A stretch of DNA of 32,000 nt from Edaphobacter aggregans. Its GTDB lineage: Bacteria > Acidobacteriota > Terriglobia > Terriglobales > Acidobacteriaceae. How positions within the stretch are numbered: position 1 is the first letter of the stretch; every line of letters begins with the position of its first letter. The notes below the pieces were generated by a model that did not search any database, had not been told where the DNA came from, and saw nothing but the letters and a program-made list of their open reading frames with translations. Of this stretch, positions 23,092 to 32,000 are shown piece by piece. The translations under genes were made by a program, and so were the position numbers. The stretch is from contig NZ_RSDW01000001.1 in the NCBI RefSeq assembly GCF_003945235.1, forward strand, positions 4,170,001 to 4,202,000. Direction: 5' to 3'.

Positions 23092-25305
23092 ATGCAAATG
23101 CCTAATTTACCGCTCTTCGCCGCGCTACTCGCCGCAAGTTTCTGCCTCGCCGCCGCCCAGACACCGGCTGCTGCGCCCGTTTCGCCAATCGCCAAGGCGA
23201 AACCCGACGACCCAGCTAACGTGGGCCGCGTCCAGCTCAACCACTACCTCGACAACATCGCTGACCAGCAGCTTGCTGCCCGGACAAGTACCGTCGCTGC
23301 CATCAAGACTCGTGCCGAGGCCAAGGCCCGCCAACGCGAGGTACGCGCGAAGATTCTGACGCTCATCGGCGGTCTGCCCGAGAAGACTCCGCTCAACGCC
23401 CGTACGCTCGGCACTACGCAGGCTGACGGCTTCCGCATCGAAAAAATTCTCTTCGACTCGCAGCCGAACTTCCCGGTTACCGCGCTCCTCTATCTGCCCG
23501 ACGCCAAACCCGGCGCGCCGCAACAGAAGCTCCCCGCTATCGTCGTTGCTCCAGGCCATGGTGCGACAGGCAAGGCCAGCGACTACGGCTTTGCATCTAC
23601 CTTTGCGCGTAACGGCTTCGCAGTTCTCTCGTACGATCCCATTGGTCAGGGCGAGCGTCTCCAATACCCCGACCCCGCGAACCCAGGGCAGTCTCTTGCC
23701 ACTCGTCCCACTGGTGAGCATGGCGAGGCTGGCCTCCAGCCCACGCTTCTGGGCGATGCCGTAGCGAGATATTTTGCTTGGGACGGCATCCGCGCCGTTG
23801 ACTACCTCCTCTCCCGCCCCGAGATTGATCCGAACCGCATCGGAGCCTTCGGCTGCTCTGGCGGCGGAGCCATGACGGCTCTGCTCGGCGCACTAGACAC
23901 GCGCATCAAGGTCATTGGCACTGCCTGCTATATCACCAGCTTCGACACGCTGCTACCCGCCATCGGTCCACAGGATGCCGAGCAATCCACCCCCAACTTC
24001 ATCGCCAGCGGTCTGGATTTCCCCGACTGGGTCGAGCTCGTAGCACCTCGCCCCTATGCTGTCATCTCCACCGCATCGGACATGTTTCCTTATGCGGGTG
24101 CACGTGCGACCGTCGTCGAGGCGCGTCGTTTCTACTCGCTCTTCGACCCTGCCAGTGACGGAACTCCCACAGGCGCGCCTAGCCCTGGCGTTCCCACCGG
24201 CCCCACACTAAACCCCGACACATCCAACACCATTCCGCCCTCTGCCGCGCTTCAGTGGATTACCGGCATCGGAGGCCACGGTAATTTGCGCCCATTGCAG
24301 TCACAGATCGTCGCGTTCTTTCTCACTCATCTCGCCCATTCCGACGCAGCTCCTTTGCTACCACCTCCGCCTGCTCCGAGCAGCAGTCCCTTTGCTCTTC
24401 CGACCGGAATCTCCAAAGAAGCCTTTCAGGTCACACCTACTGGACAAGTCGCTACCTCTTATCCAAACGCTGAGACAGTCCATACGCTCAATCTCAAGCG
24501 GTACAACGCGCTTTCGAAACCTAAGCCGCTCACCATACCGCAACTTCAGCAAGCTGTACGCGAGGTCACGCATGCGACAGTGATGCCCGGAGATGCTCCG
24601 CCCGTAAACACCGAGGCTCCTGCTCTTGCCTCACCACCTGAAGGCTCCGTTCACGTCCGTCATCGCTTCACGCTCGCCACTGCATCCGGCATCGACATAC
24701 AGGCCGAGTTCTATCGCCCCTCCGATGGCAAGCATCCCGCGCTCCTCATCCTCCGCGACAGCCTCGATCCGGCCCTCGAATCCTCTCGCGGAGATGACAT
24801 CCGCAAGCTTCGCGCTCTTGCCGATGCAGGAACCGCCGTTCTTGTCATTGCTCCGCGTCCCTCACCTCCAGGCACAGAAGAGACCAAGTCACCCCTGCTC
24901 GGTCCCTTCTATCTCACTGAACTCCACTCAGAACTGGTTGGAAAAACTCTCGTCGGTCTGCGCATCGATGACGTCATCAGTGCCGTCAACTTTATGTCGC
25001 ATGGAACGACGCCCGATCCTAATCAGATATCCGCACAGGCCAGCGGCCATCTCGGCCTCGTTCTTCTCCACGCCGCAGTCCTCGATCCGCGCCTCAAACA
25101 CATCACGATCGACCACACACTTGAGAGCTACGACAGCCTCCTCAAAGCTCCCATGCCCAAAGGCGCTCCGGAAGACATTCTCCCCGGCGTCGTGCGGCGC
25201 TACGACCTGCCCGATCTTGTCCGCGCCCTCGGTCCCCGCCTCACCCTCAACGACCTGCTTCCCGGAACAGCAGACCTCGGCGCAACCAGCAACCCGTCGC
25301 CGTAG
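23092..25305 (+). CDS. Secreted tandem alpha/beta-hydrolase (acetyl-xylan-esterase/DLH-like) protein
   Basis: The ATG at 23092 gives signal peptide MQMPNLPLFAALLAASFCLAAAQ. The first domain has the nucleophile elbow GCSGGG. A second, homologous domain (..ISAQASGHLGLVLLHAAVLDPRLKHI) lacks the canonical GxSxG glycines. Confidence 0.75.
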   Translation: MQMPNLPLFAALLAASFCLAAAQTPAAAPVSPIAKAKPDDPANVGRVQLNHYLDNIADQQLAARTSTVAAIKTRAEAKARQREVRAKILTLIGGLPEKTPLNARTLGTTQADGFRIEKILFDSQPNFPVTALLYLPDAKPGAPQQKLPAIVVAPGHGATGKASDYGFASTFARNGFAVLSYDPIGQGERLQYPDPANPGQSLATRPTGEHGEAGLQPTLLGDAVARYFAWDGIRAVDYLLSRPEIDPNRIGAFGCSGGGAMTALLGALDTRIKVIGTACYITSFDTLLPAIGPQDAEQSTPNFIASGLDFPDWVELVAPRPYAVISTASDMFPYAGARATVVEARRFYSLFDPASDGTPTGAPSPGVPTGPTLNPDTSNTIPPSAALQWITGIGGHGNLRPLQSQIVAFFLTHLAHSDAAPLLPPPPAPSSSPFALPTGISKEAFQVTPTGQVATSYPNAETVHTLNLKRYNALSKPKPLTIPQLQQAVREVTHATVMPGDAPPVNTEAPALASPPEGSVHVRHRFTLATASGIDIQAEFYRPSDGKHPALLILRDSLDPALESSRGDDIRKLRALADAGTAVLVIAPRPSPPGTEETKSPLLGPFYLTELHSELVGKTLVGLRIDDVISAVNFMSHGTTPDPNQISAQASGHLGLVLLHAAVLDPRLKHITIDHTLESYDSLLKAPMPKGAPEDILPGVVRRYDLPDLVRALGPRLTLNDLLPGTADLGATSNPSP

Positions 25306-25492
25306 GCGTTCCTGAGAGCGCGAACGACGTAGATCCCCGAGGAAAATTCGCTCCCAGCGGCATATTCACTCTTCCGCTGAGTCGTATCTCTGCTATTGTT
25401 CCTTAAATCAAAAACGGGCCTGAACAACACACTGCTGGTTGCGCGCGTTTCTGAAAGCGTACCGGCATGCATCTTCGTTGGAAGGAGACTCC

Positions 25493-28400
25493 ATGCCGAA
25501 CCCTTCAGAGCCGGTCAACGCGGATCAGGAGTTGCGCGAACAGCCAGCCAGGGCCTACTGCCTTCGACTGGCCGAGCAGATCAAGGCATTCCCTCCAAGG
25601 CCCAGGCGACATCAGGCCGACAAGGACCGTCCAGAGACCGAGGAACAACGGCAGCAGCGCATCGAGCATCAGGCAGTGTTTGCTGCCGAACGGAAGAATG
25701 GGCTGCTGGATTCCTGGCGCCAGGTCTTTCACCCGAAAGCCGCCCCCGACATCGAGAGTTCCTCAGCCGAGCGGCTTCGAGACATTCTGCTCGCTGAGCC
25801 TCGCGTTCAAGCCCGGCTCGCTACGATTGTCGAATATCCCCCATCCAAATGGCTGCTGGAACAGGAACTCGCCGCGCGAGGCGACTGGCCCGCCTCCGAT
25901 GAAGTGAAAGCGGCGCTCACGAGAGAAGAGAAATGGATTCCGTCGGACGGCGTCCCTGATGTTTACGACGTGGCCGCGCTCTGCCAGCTCAAAGGCCTTT
26001 GTTTCTCCGGTGGCGGCATACGCAGCGCGACCTTCAATCTGGGCGTTCTTCAGGGTATTGCCGCGCTCAAAAAACTCGGCTCGTTTGACTATCTCTCCAC
26101 TGTCTCCGGCGGCGGCTACATTCATCAATTTCTGGCCTCCTGGATATCCTGCGAGGACGTCAACAGAGTGCAGCATCAGTTGCAGCCCCTTCCCGGTCCC
26201 CCGTCGCAACGCACCTTCTGGCCTGAACCTCTACGGTGGCTTCGTCGCTACTCCAACTACCTCACTCCACAAAAAGGTCTCTTCACCGCCGATACATGGG
26301 TTGCCTTCGCCATCTGGCTGCGCAACACCTTCCTCAACCAGATCGTGCTGATCTCCACCATCCTGCTCATTCTCCTTCTGCCTCACTTCTATCTCAGTTC
26401 GAGAGGACAGTTGGCCCATTTCCTCCTCGCCCACGGCGGTGTAACGGCGGCCATCATTCTGGCGGGATTTCTCTTCGCGTCCGGGGTCATCTTCTTTACG
26501 CAGATGACCACCCCACCCACCGACCACTGTCACCCCGCCGAAGAGTCCGGCTTTGGCCAGACTGGTGTGCTCAGCTTAATCTTCGCGCCCATTCTTATTG
26601 CCGTCCTCGCTTTCTGTCCGTATCTCTACCGCTCTTCATTCTGGAGCGGCATCCGCCTGCCGGAAGAAGCACCGAAAACAGCCACTGAACTCAAGCATTG
26701 GCGCGCCGTTCACAATGTCATCGATACAGTAGCGTGGCCCGAGAGTACAGGCATTGTGCCCGTGAGCACCCGCGTCTACATCAGCCATCTCCATCGTCTC
26801 GTCCCCGCCCCCGAAGCCAAGCCATCTACCGATCCGAAGAAACCGGACATTCCACTACCTGGTGAAGCCGGTGGCCTCGACAACCTCCGCGCCTGGCAGA
26901 GCGCCTACGCCTTTAGCTGGTGGAAGCCCTTTGATCATCACTTTGACGACGACACCTCCACCTCGTGGGTCTTTACGACGATGCTCTTCGGCATCGCCCT
27001 ACTGGTTGCCTCCGCGGCCCGGGCTATTCCCGTGGGCTGGAAGCGTCTCATCGTTCTCCTCGGCATGGCCGGAGCTGTCGGCTGTGGCTACGTGCTCATC
27101 AACCTGTCCCGTTTGGCTATATTTGGCGTGTCTTTCTTTCTCCCTCTTGACCACGTAACGCGCGCAGCTATCCCACTGCTTCCGTGGCTTGGCCTTACCG
27201 TCGTCTTTGTCTCCATCGAGATCGCCGGAGGACTGGTCGGCAATCTGGTCGACGAGTCAGTACGGGAGTGGTTCGCGCGCCTCCGTGCCTGGAGCTTTCT
27301 CTTCGGCATCGTGTGGTTTGCTCTCACCGCAAGCTCACTCCTGGGGCCGGGCCTTGTCGTCTGGCTCTTTCACGTCGTCCACGTGGGCAAGCCGCTCTGG
27401 ATCGGCTGGATCGGCACGACGCTCGCGAGTGTGCTAGCTGGCAAAAGCTCTTTCGTTAGCGGAGGCGGAAAGGATCAAGACTCGAAGACAGGAAAGCTGT
27501 TGAACTTGCTCGTCCTCATCGGGCCGCCCGTATTCATCCTCGGCCTGGTGCTCTCACTTGCATACGTCATAGAAAAGGCGCTCCTCACCATCGAGTCGCA
27601 AATCGGCAACCAGGTCCTGCCGCACTCCGACTTCCTTTGCCTGCTCGCTCTCCTCGCCGCAACAGCGATTCTCTTCGGGTGGCGCATCGACATCAACGAG
27701 TTCTCACTCCATGCCTTCTATCGCGACCGCCTGGCCCGTTGCTATGCCGGAGCCACCAACCCCGATCGCCGCGCCAACCGCTTCACCGGATTCGCCGCCA
27801 GCGACAAGCGTCTGCGTCTGGTTGATCTGCTTCCCACCCGCTTCGGCAACCGAAGCAGCGAGGCGCTCTGGGCCCGTTGTTGCGATGCAGATTGTCCTTC
27901 GAATACGACAGCGCAGACTCCCACCTACAAGGGACCTTTCCCCATCTTTTGCACCACCATCAACCTCACCTTTGGCCAGGATCTCGCCTATCAGGAGCGC
28001 AAGGGAGGCGCCTTCGCCTTCACGCCTCTCTACTGCGGCTATGACGTAGGCTGGACCGAGACCGACAGCGATCGTGTCCAGTTCAACGGTTTCACGCCCA
28101 CGCGCAACTTCGCCTTCGACGACGGCGGCCCCCACATGGCCACAGCCGTAGCCACCTCGGGCGCCGCCATGAGCCCCAATATGGGTTATCACTCCAGCCC
28201 GACCATGTCCTTCCTGCTGACGATCTTCAACGTCCGCCTCGGCCTATGGATCCGCAACCCGCGCCACAAGCGCTTCCGCCTGCGTTCCCGCGGCAATGCC
28301 TCTTCCCCTTGGTTCGGCCTCTTCTATCTGTTCGCCGAACTCTTCGGCATGGTCAACGATGAGGCTGCCTTCGTTTACCTCACCGACGGCGGCCACTTCG

Positions 28401-28840
28401 AAAACATGGGCCTTTATGAGCTCGTCCGTCGCCACTGCTCGACCATCGTCCTCTGCGATGCGGAGCAGGACGGCGAGCTCGCATTCGGGGGCATCGGCAT
28501 GGCCATCCGCAAATGCCGCATCGACTTCGGCGCCGAGATTGACCTCGACATCTCCCAACTCGAGCTCAAGGGCACACCACCCGCCAGCCCCGTTCACTGC
28601 ATCGAAGGTACCGTCCGCTACCCCAATGGAGCTGTAGGCAGCATCCTCTACATTAAGTCGTCGTTCACGAATAATCTGCCTGCGGACCTGATCAACTACC
28701 ACAAGGAACATCCCGCCTTCCCCAACGACAGCACCCTCAATCAGTGGTTTACCGAGTCCCAGTTCGAAAGCTACCGCCGCCTCGGCCATCACAGCGTCAC
28801 CACCGGAGAAGCCGTCAACTGGATTAACGGCTCCCTCTAG
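25493..28840 (+). CDS. Patatin-like phospholipase with a large polytopic membrane insertion (~1115 aa)
   Basis: The ATG at 25493 is preceded by GAAGGAGA. Oxyanion motif FSGGGIRS at nt 26009-26023, nucleophile-like TVSGG with Ser codon at 26105-26107, and Asp motif LTDGGHFENMG with Asp codon at 28385-28387. About 10 hydrophobic helices are encoded between ~26280 and ~27690. Confidence 0.8.
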   Translation: MPNPSEPVNADQELREQPARAYCLRLAEQIKAFPPRPRRHQADKDRPETEEQRQQRIEHQAVFAAERKNGLLDSWRQVFHPKAAPDIESSSAERLRDILLAEPRVQARLATIVEYPPSKWLLEQELAARGDWPASDEVKAALTREEKWIPSDGVPDVYDVAALCQLKGLCFSGGGIRSATFNLGVLQGIAALKKLGSFDYLSTVSGGGYIHQFLASWISCEDVNRVQHQLQPLPGPPSQRTFWPEPLRWLRRYSNYLTPQKGLFTADTWVAFAIWLRNTFLNQIVLISTILLILLLPHFYLSSRGQLAHFLLAHGGVTAAIILAGFLFASGVIFFTQMTTPPTDHCHPAEESGFGQTGVLSLIFAPILIAVLAFCPYLYRSSFWSGIRLPEEAPKTATELKHWRAVHNVIDTVAWPESTGIVPVSTRVYISHLHRLVPAPEAKPSTDPKKPDIPLPGEAGGLDNLRAWQSAYAFSWWKPFDHHFDDDTSTSWVFTTMLFGIALLVASAARAIPVGWKRLIVLLGMAGAVGCGYVLINLSRLAIFGVSFFLPLDHVTRAAIPLLPWLGLTVVFVSIEIAGGLVGNLVDESVREWFARLRAWSFLFGIVWFALTASSLLGPGLVVWLFHVVHVGKPLWIGWIGTTLASVLAGKSSFVSGGGKDQDSKTGKLLNLLVLIGPPVFILGLVLSLAYVIEKALLTIESQIGNQVLPHSDFLCLLALLAATAILFGWRIDINEFSLHAFYRDRLARCYAGATNPDRRANRFTGFAASDKRLRLVDLLPTRFGNRSSEALWARCCDADCPSNTTAQTPTYKGPFPIFCTTINLTFGQDLAYQERKGGAFAFTPLYCGYDVGWTETDSDRVQFNGFTPTRNFAFDDGGPHMATAVATSGAAMSPNMGYHSSPTMSFLLTIFNVRLGLWIRNPRHKRFRLRSRGNASSPWFGLFYLFAELFGMVNDEAAFVYLTDGGHFENMGLYELVRRHCSTIVLCDAEQDGELAFGGIGMAIRKCRIDFGAEIDLDISQLELKGTPPASPVHCIEGTVRYPNGAVGSILYIKSSFTNNLPADLINYHKEHPAFPNDSTLNQWFTESQFESYRRLGHHSVTTGEAVNWINGSL

Positions 28841-29130
28841 CGGGTAGGCCCAAGCAAGCCGGAACGGCGGGAAGGCCGAGCGTGGCCGGCCCAAATCCGT
28901 ACCCGGCTTTTCCTCCTTTTCCACCACCATCCACACACGATGCACCACCGCTGCACCTTGCCTCTCCCCCCTCCGCGGCCTACCCTCGCAAGAGTGCCGC
29001 AAATCCAGCCAAAAGCGCCCTCCTGAAATCCGCCTCAAAAGCGACTATGCGGTAAATTCCACAGCTAAACCCCTGATTTTCCTCAACTCGTTGCATTAAC
29101 ACCGCATAAACAGGGGTATTCCCACAGCCA

Positions 29131-29146
29131 ACACTATATCTTGTGC
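29131..29146. promoter_or_regulatory. Candidate NrdR box upstream of nrdJ
   Basis: ACACTATATCTTGTGC matches the 16-bp NrdR palindrome consensus acaCwAtATaTwGtgt at 14/16 positions. It overlaps or adjoins the putative promoter. Only weak second boxes are seen: at 29099 with 9/16 and 32-bp spacing, and at 29157 with 10/16. Confidence 0.5.
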
Positions 29147-29182
29147 TTTATACTTGACACACCCTATAAGGGGCGGTACTTT
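29141..29182 (+). promoter_or_regulatory. Candidate sigma-70 promoter region for nrdJ
   Basis: There are two alternative readings. One is TTGACA (29154-29159), a 17-nt spacer, then TACTTT (29177-29182). The other is TTGTGC (29141-29146), an 18-nt spacer, then TATAAG (29165-29170). Confidence 0.4.
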
Positions 29183-29399
29183 CACCACTGCAGCGCCCTG
29201 AGCAACTAGGGCAACCCTGGGCAACAAAGACATTCAGTCTCGTTCTTTCGCTTCACCCCGCTCCTTTGGATCGGTGCTTTTTTCGAGCCCGGCATCCACA
29301 ACCAGCGCCATGAAGCCAAAATCGTGACTCCCTGACTCACCGCCTGTGCCGTGAGCCACAAGCTTGTATTTTTCATCCAATTAAGAAGGAGTACTCCCC

Positions 29400-32000
29400 A
29401 TGGCGACGATCCCGAATCAGACCCACACACAGACAGCGACCAACGCTGCCCCCTATACTTCCCGCACTGGCGGGCTCGCCTTTGACCGCTTCTTCACCCG
29501 CGCCGGCATCTCCCCCTATGACGAGATCGTCTGGGAGCTCCGCGACGCCGTCATTCAGGACTTCAAGGGCCGCATCATCTTTGAGCAGAAGAACGTCGAG
29601 GTCCCCGCTGACTGGTCCATGACCGCGACCAACATCGTCGCGTCCAAGTACCTCCACGGGCTCAACGGCACCGACGAGCGTGAGTCCGGCGTTCGCGCCC
29701 TCATCACCCGTGTCGCTGAGTCCATTCGCGACTGGGGCATGCAGGGCGGCTATTTCGCCAGCCAGCAGGACGCCGACACCTTCTACGCCGAGCTCGCCCA
29801 CCTCCTCCTTAATCAGAAGGTGGCCTTCAACTCGCCCGTCTGGTTTAACGTAGGCTGCGATCGCCTCGAGCCCAACTCCGACGCTCAGAACTGGCACTGG
29901 AACCCGCACACCTGCGCCATCGAGTTCTCCGTCACCGGCTACAAGAAGCCCCAGTGCTCGGCCTGCTTCATCAATTCAGTTCAAGACTCCCTCGACTCCA
30001 TCCTTACCCTCGCCAAGACCGAGGGCATGCTCTTCAAGTGGGGATCGGGCGCAGGCTCGAACCTGAGCAACATCCGCGGCAGCATGGAAACGCTTAGCGG
30101 CGGCGGTACCGCATCCGGCCCGCTCTCCTTCATGCGTGGCTTCGATGCCTTCGCTGGTGTCATCAAGTCAGGCGGCAAGACCCGTCGCGCCGCCAAGATG
30201 GTCATCCTCAACGTCGACCATCCCGACATCATGGACTTCATCGACTGCAAGGTCAGCGAAGAGAAGAAGGCGTGGACGCTCGTGCAGGCTGGCTACGATG
30301 GCAGCGGTCCAGACTCCGAGGCCTACAGCAGCATCTTCTTCCAGAACGCCAACAACTCCGTCCGCGTCACCGACGAGTTCATGGCCGCCGTCGAGTCCGA
30401 CTCGACCTTCTACACCCGTACCGTCAAGCACCGCGCGCCGGTCAAGGAGTACCGCGCCCGCGACATCATGCACGCCATCGCCGAAGCCACCTGGCAGTGC
30501 GGCGACCCCGGCATGCAGTACGACACCACCATCAATCGCTGGCACACGAGCAAGAACTCGGGCCGCATCAACGCCTCCAACCCATGCTCGGAGTACATGT
30601 TCCTCGACGACTCCGCCTGCAACCTTGCATCCTTCAATCTCCTGAAGTTCCTCACTCCGGGAGGCCAGTTCGACGTCGCCGCGTACCGTCACGCCATCGC
30701 CATCGTCACCACCGCCATGGAGATTATCGTCGACGCCGCCGGCTACCCCACCGAGATGATCGCGAAGAACTCGCACGACTATCGCCCACTCGGCCTCGGC
30801 TATGCGAACCTCGGCGCGCTCCTAATGGCCTTCGGTCTGCCTTACGACTCCGACGCCGGCCGTGACTTCGCAGCTGCCGTAACTGCGATCCTCTGCGGCG
30901 ACGCCTACTGGCAGTCCTCGCGCATCGCCGAGACATGCCCCGCCCTCGGAGCCGCCACTCCGCTCACCCAGCAGGCGCACATCGCTGGCGGAGCCTGCCC
31001 CGGCTTCTACGTCAACCGCGAGCCCTTCCTCGACGTCATCCGCATGCACCGCGCCGAGGTCAATAACATCGGCAAGTCCCGCCGCAGCGCCGAGCCCTTC
31101 GTCGCCCCGCAGCTCGACGAGCTCATTGAAGCCTCGCGCCAAGCCTGGGACGGCGCCCTCGCCCACGGTGAACGCCACGGCTATCGCAACTCCCAGGTCA
31201 CCGTCCTCGCGCCCACCGGCACCATCGGCTTCATGATGGACTGCGACACCACCGGCATCGAGCCCGACCTCGCCCTCGTCAAGTACAAGAAGCTCGTCGG
31301 CGGCGGCATGATCAAGATCGTCAACAACACCGTGCCCTCGGCGCTCTTCAAGCTCGGCTACACCAACGCCGAGGTCGACGCCATCGTCAGCTACATCGAC
31401 GCCACCGGCACCATCGAAGGCGCTCCCGCCATCAAGCCCGAGCACCTCGCCGTATTCGACTGCTCCTTCAAGCCCGCCAAGGGCACGCGCTCCATCCATT
31501 ACATGGGCCACATCCAGATGATGGCGGCCACCCAGCCCTTCCTCTCCGGAGCCATCTCGAAGACGGTCAACCTCCCGCAGGACGCGTCTGTGGATGACAT
31601 TGCCGAGGCCTACATCGAGTCCTGGCGTCAGGGCCTCAAGGCCGTAGCCATCTACCGCGACAACTCCAAGGGCTCGCAGCCTCTCAACGTCTCCGCCGCC
31701 GACGGCAAGGCCCAGAAAGAGAAAGCCGTAAGCTCCGTCGCAGCCGGTTCGGTCGAGATCGAAGAAGCCGTCATCGCTGCCAAGGCAGCCGTAGCCCGCG
31801 AAGCGCAGGCCCGCATCACCGCCCTCGAGACCCAGCTCAAGCAGATCGCCGAAGCCGCCCTGCAAAACAGCGACTCGGTCGACGCGCAGTCTCCACCCCG
31901 CGCCGTCCGTCATCGTCTGCCTGCCGAGCGCGCCTCCGTCACGCACAAGTTCGGCCTCTCCGGGCACGAGGGCTACATCACCGTCGGCCTCTACCCCAAC
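29400..32000 (+). CDS. nrdJ: Class II (adenosylcobalamin-dependent) ribonucleoside-diphosphate/triphosphate reductase, N-terminal 867 codons (3' end outside the window)
   Basis: It is absent from the ORF track because there is no stop in the window. An AAGGAG SD (29386-29391) precedes the ATG at 29400. The frame stays open to the window end. The translation contains ..ATNIVASKYLHG.., CFINSVQDSLDSILTLAKTEGMLFKWGSGAGSNLSNIRGS, NPCSEYMFLDDSACNLAS and ...RLPAERASVTHKFGLSGHEGYITVGLYPN, all typical NrdJ motifs. Confidence 0.92.
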   Translation, partial: MATIPNQTHTQTATNAAPYTSRTGGLAFDRFFTRAGISPYDEIVWELRDAVIQDFKGRIIFEQKNVEVPADWSMTATNIVASKYLHGLNGTDERESGVRALITRVAESIRDWGMQGGYFASQQDADTFYAELAHLLLNQKVAFNSPVWFNVGCDRLEPNSDAQNWHWNPHTCAIEFSVTGYKKPQCSACFINSVQDSLDSILTLAKTEGMLFKWGSGAGSNLSNIRGSMETLSGGGTASGPLSFMRGFDAFAGVIKSGGKTRRAAKMVILNVDHPDIMDFIDCKVSEEKKAWTLVQAGYDGSGPDSEAYSSIFFQNANNSVRVTDEFMAAVESDSTFYTRTVKHRAPVKEYRARDIMHAIAEATWQCGDPGMQYDTTINRWHTSKNSGRINASNPCSEYMFLDDSACNLASFNLLKFLTPGGQFDVAAYRHAIAIVTTAMEIIVDAAGYPTEMIAKNSHDYRPLGLGYANLGALLMAFGLPYDSDAGRDFAAAVTAILCGDAYWQSSRIAETCPALGAATPLTQQAHIAGGACPGFYVNREPFLDVIRMHRAEVNNIGKSRRSAEPFVAPQLDELIEASRQAWDGALAHGERHGYRNSQVTVLAPTGTIGFMMDCDTTGIEPDLALVKYKKLVGGGMIKIVNNTVPSALFKLGYTNAEVDAIVSYIDATGTIEGAPAIKPEHLAVFDCSFKPAKGTRSIHYMGHIQMMAATQPFLSGAISKTVNLPQDASVDDIAEAYIESWRQGLKAVAIYRDNSKGSQPLNVSAADGKAQKEKAVSSVAAGSVEIEEAVIAAKAAVAREAQARITALETQLKQIAEAALQNSDSVDAQSPPRAVRHRLPAERASVTHKFGLSGHEGYITVGLYPN

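Noticed and set aside
22560-28840. HNH endonuclease plus hydrolase plus patatin-like phospholipase as a possible anti-phage defence island
   Set aside because: The three genes have their own starts and SDs, the hydrolase is a Sec-secreted esterase-like enzyme, and there is no sensor, NTPase, cyclase or methylase partner. Flanking genes are ordinary housekeeping or accessory metabolism genes, and co-function is unsupported.
29183-29399. Possible cobalamin riboswitch in the nrdJ leader
   Set aside because: No B12-box-like sequence or the conserved GGTGC/GCCACTG core elements were found by eye. A covariance-model scan would be needed to be definitive.
28244-31967. Minus-strand ORFs 28244-29038, 29373-29909, 30168-30776, 30822-31967 and plus-strand ORFs 30136-30645, 30272-30865
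   Set aside because: These are Gly/Arg/Asp/Val-rich antisense or off-frame artefacts overlapping the patatin-like gene and nrdJ, whose own frames carry strong family motifs.

Overview
High-GC bacterial chromosomal segment. Gene content and protein style look Acidobacteriota-like, but that is inference only. No rRNA, tRNA, CRISPR array or IS/transposase is visible. The window starts in housekeeping genes: the tsf 3' end and pyrH, with two paralogous acyltransferase-3 genes on either side of pyrH. These are followed on the minus strand by three tandem paralogous lipoprotein beta-propellers, an M13 metallopeptidase, an MlaD/MCE protein with five exact 34-aa repeats, and acpS. The most interesting block is a tightly packed four-gene minus-strand operon at 13071-17095. 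It encodes a 530-aa secreted repeat protein with a huge Ser/Thr/Asn-rich linker, a 134-aa secreted paralog, a periplasmic stand-alone C39 cysteine peptidase, and a coiled-coil outer-membrane beta-barrel. Upstream lies a ~520-bp AT-richer region carrying a sigma-54-like element and phased hexamer repeats. This parts list parallels the Pseudomonas Fap functional-amyloid export system but differs in repeat sequence, gene order and phylogenetic context. The call rests on architecture, not on demonstrated homology. The rest of the window holds small accessory or housekeeping genes: an orphan ABC ATPase, a DUF2007/zinc-ribbon protein, a CBM6-like protein, a beta-carbonic anhydrase, a thioredoxin-like protein, a Dabb protein and an HNH endonuclease. 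These are followed by a secreted tandem alpha/beta hydrolase and an unusual ~1115-aa patatin-like phospholipase whose catalytic Ser and Asp are separated by about 10 predicted TM helices. The window ends with the 5' 867 codons of class II ribonucleotide reductase nrdJ, preceded by a good NrdR-box-like palindrome. Many long ORFs in the supplied track are Arg/Gly-rich antisense artefacts of high GC and were rejected.
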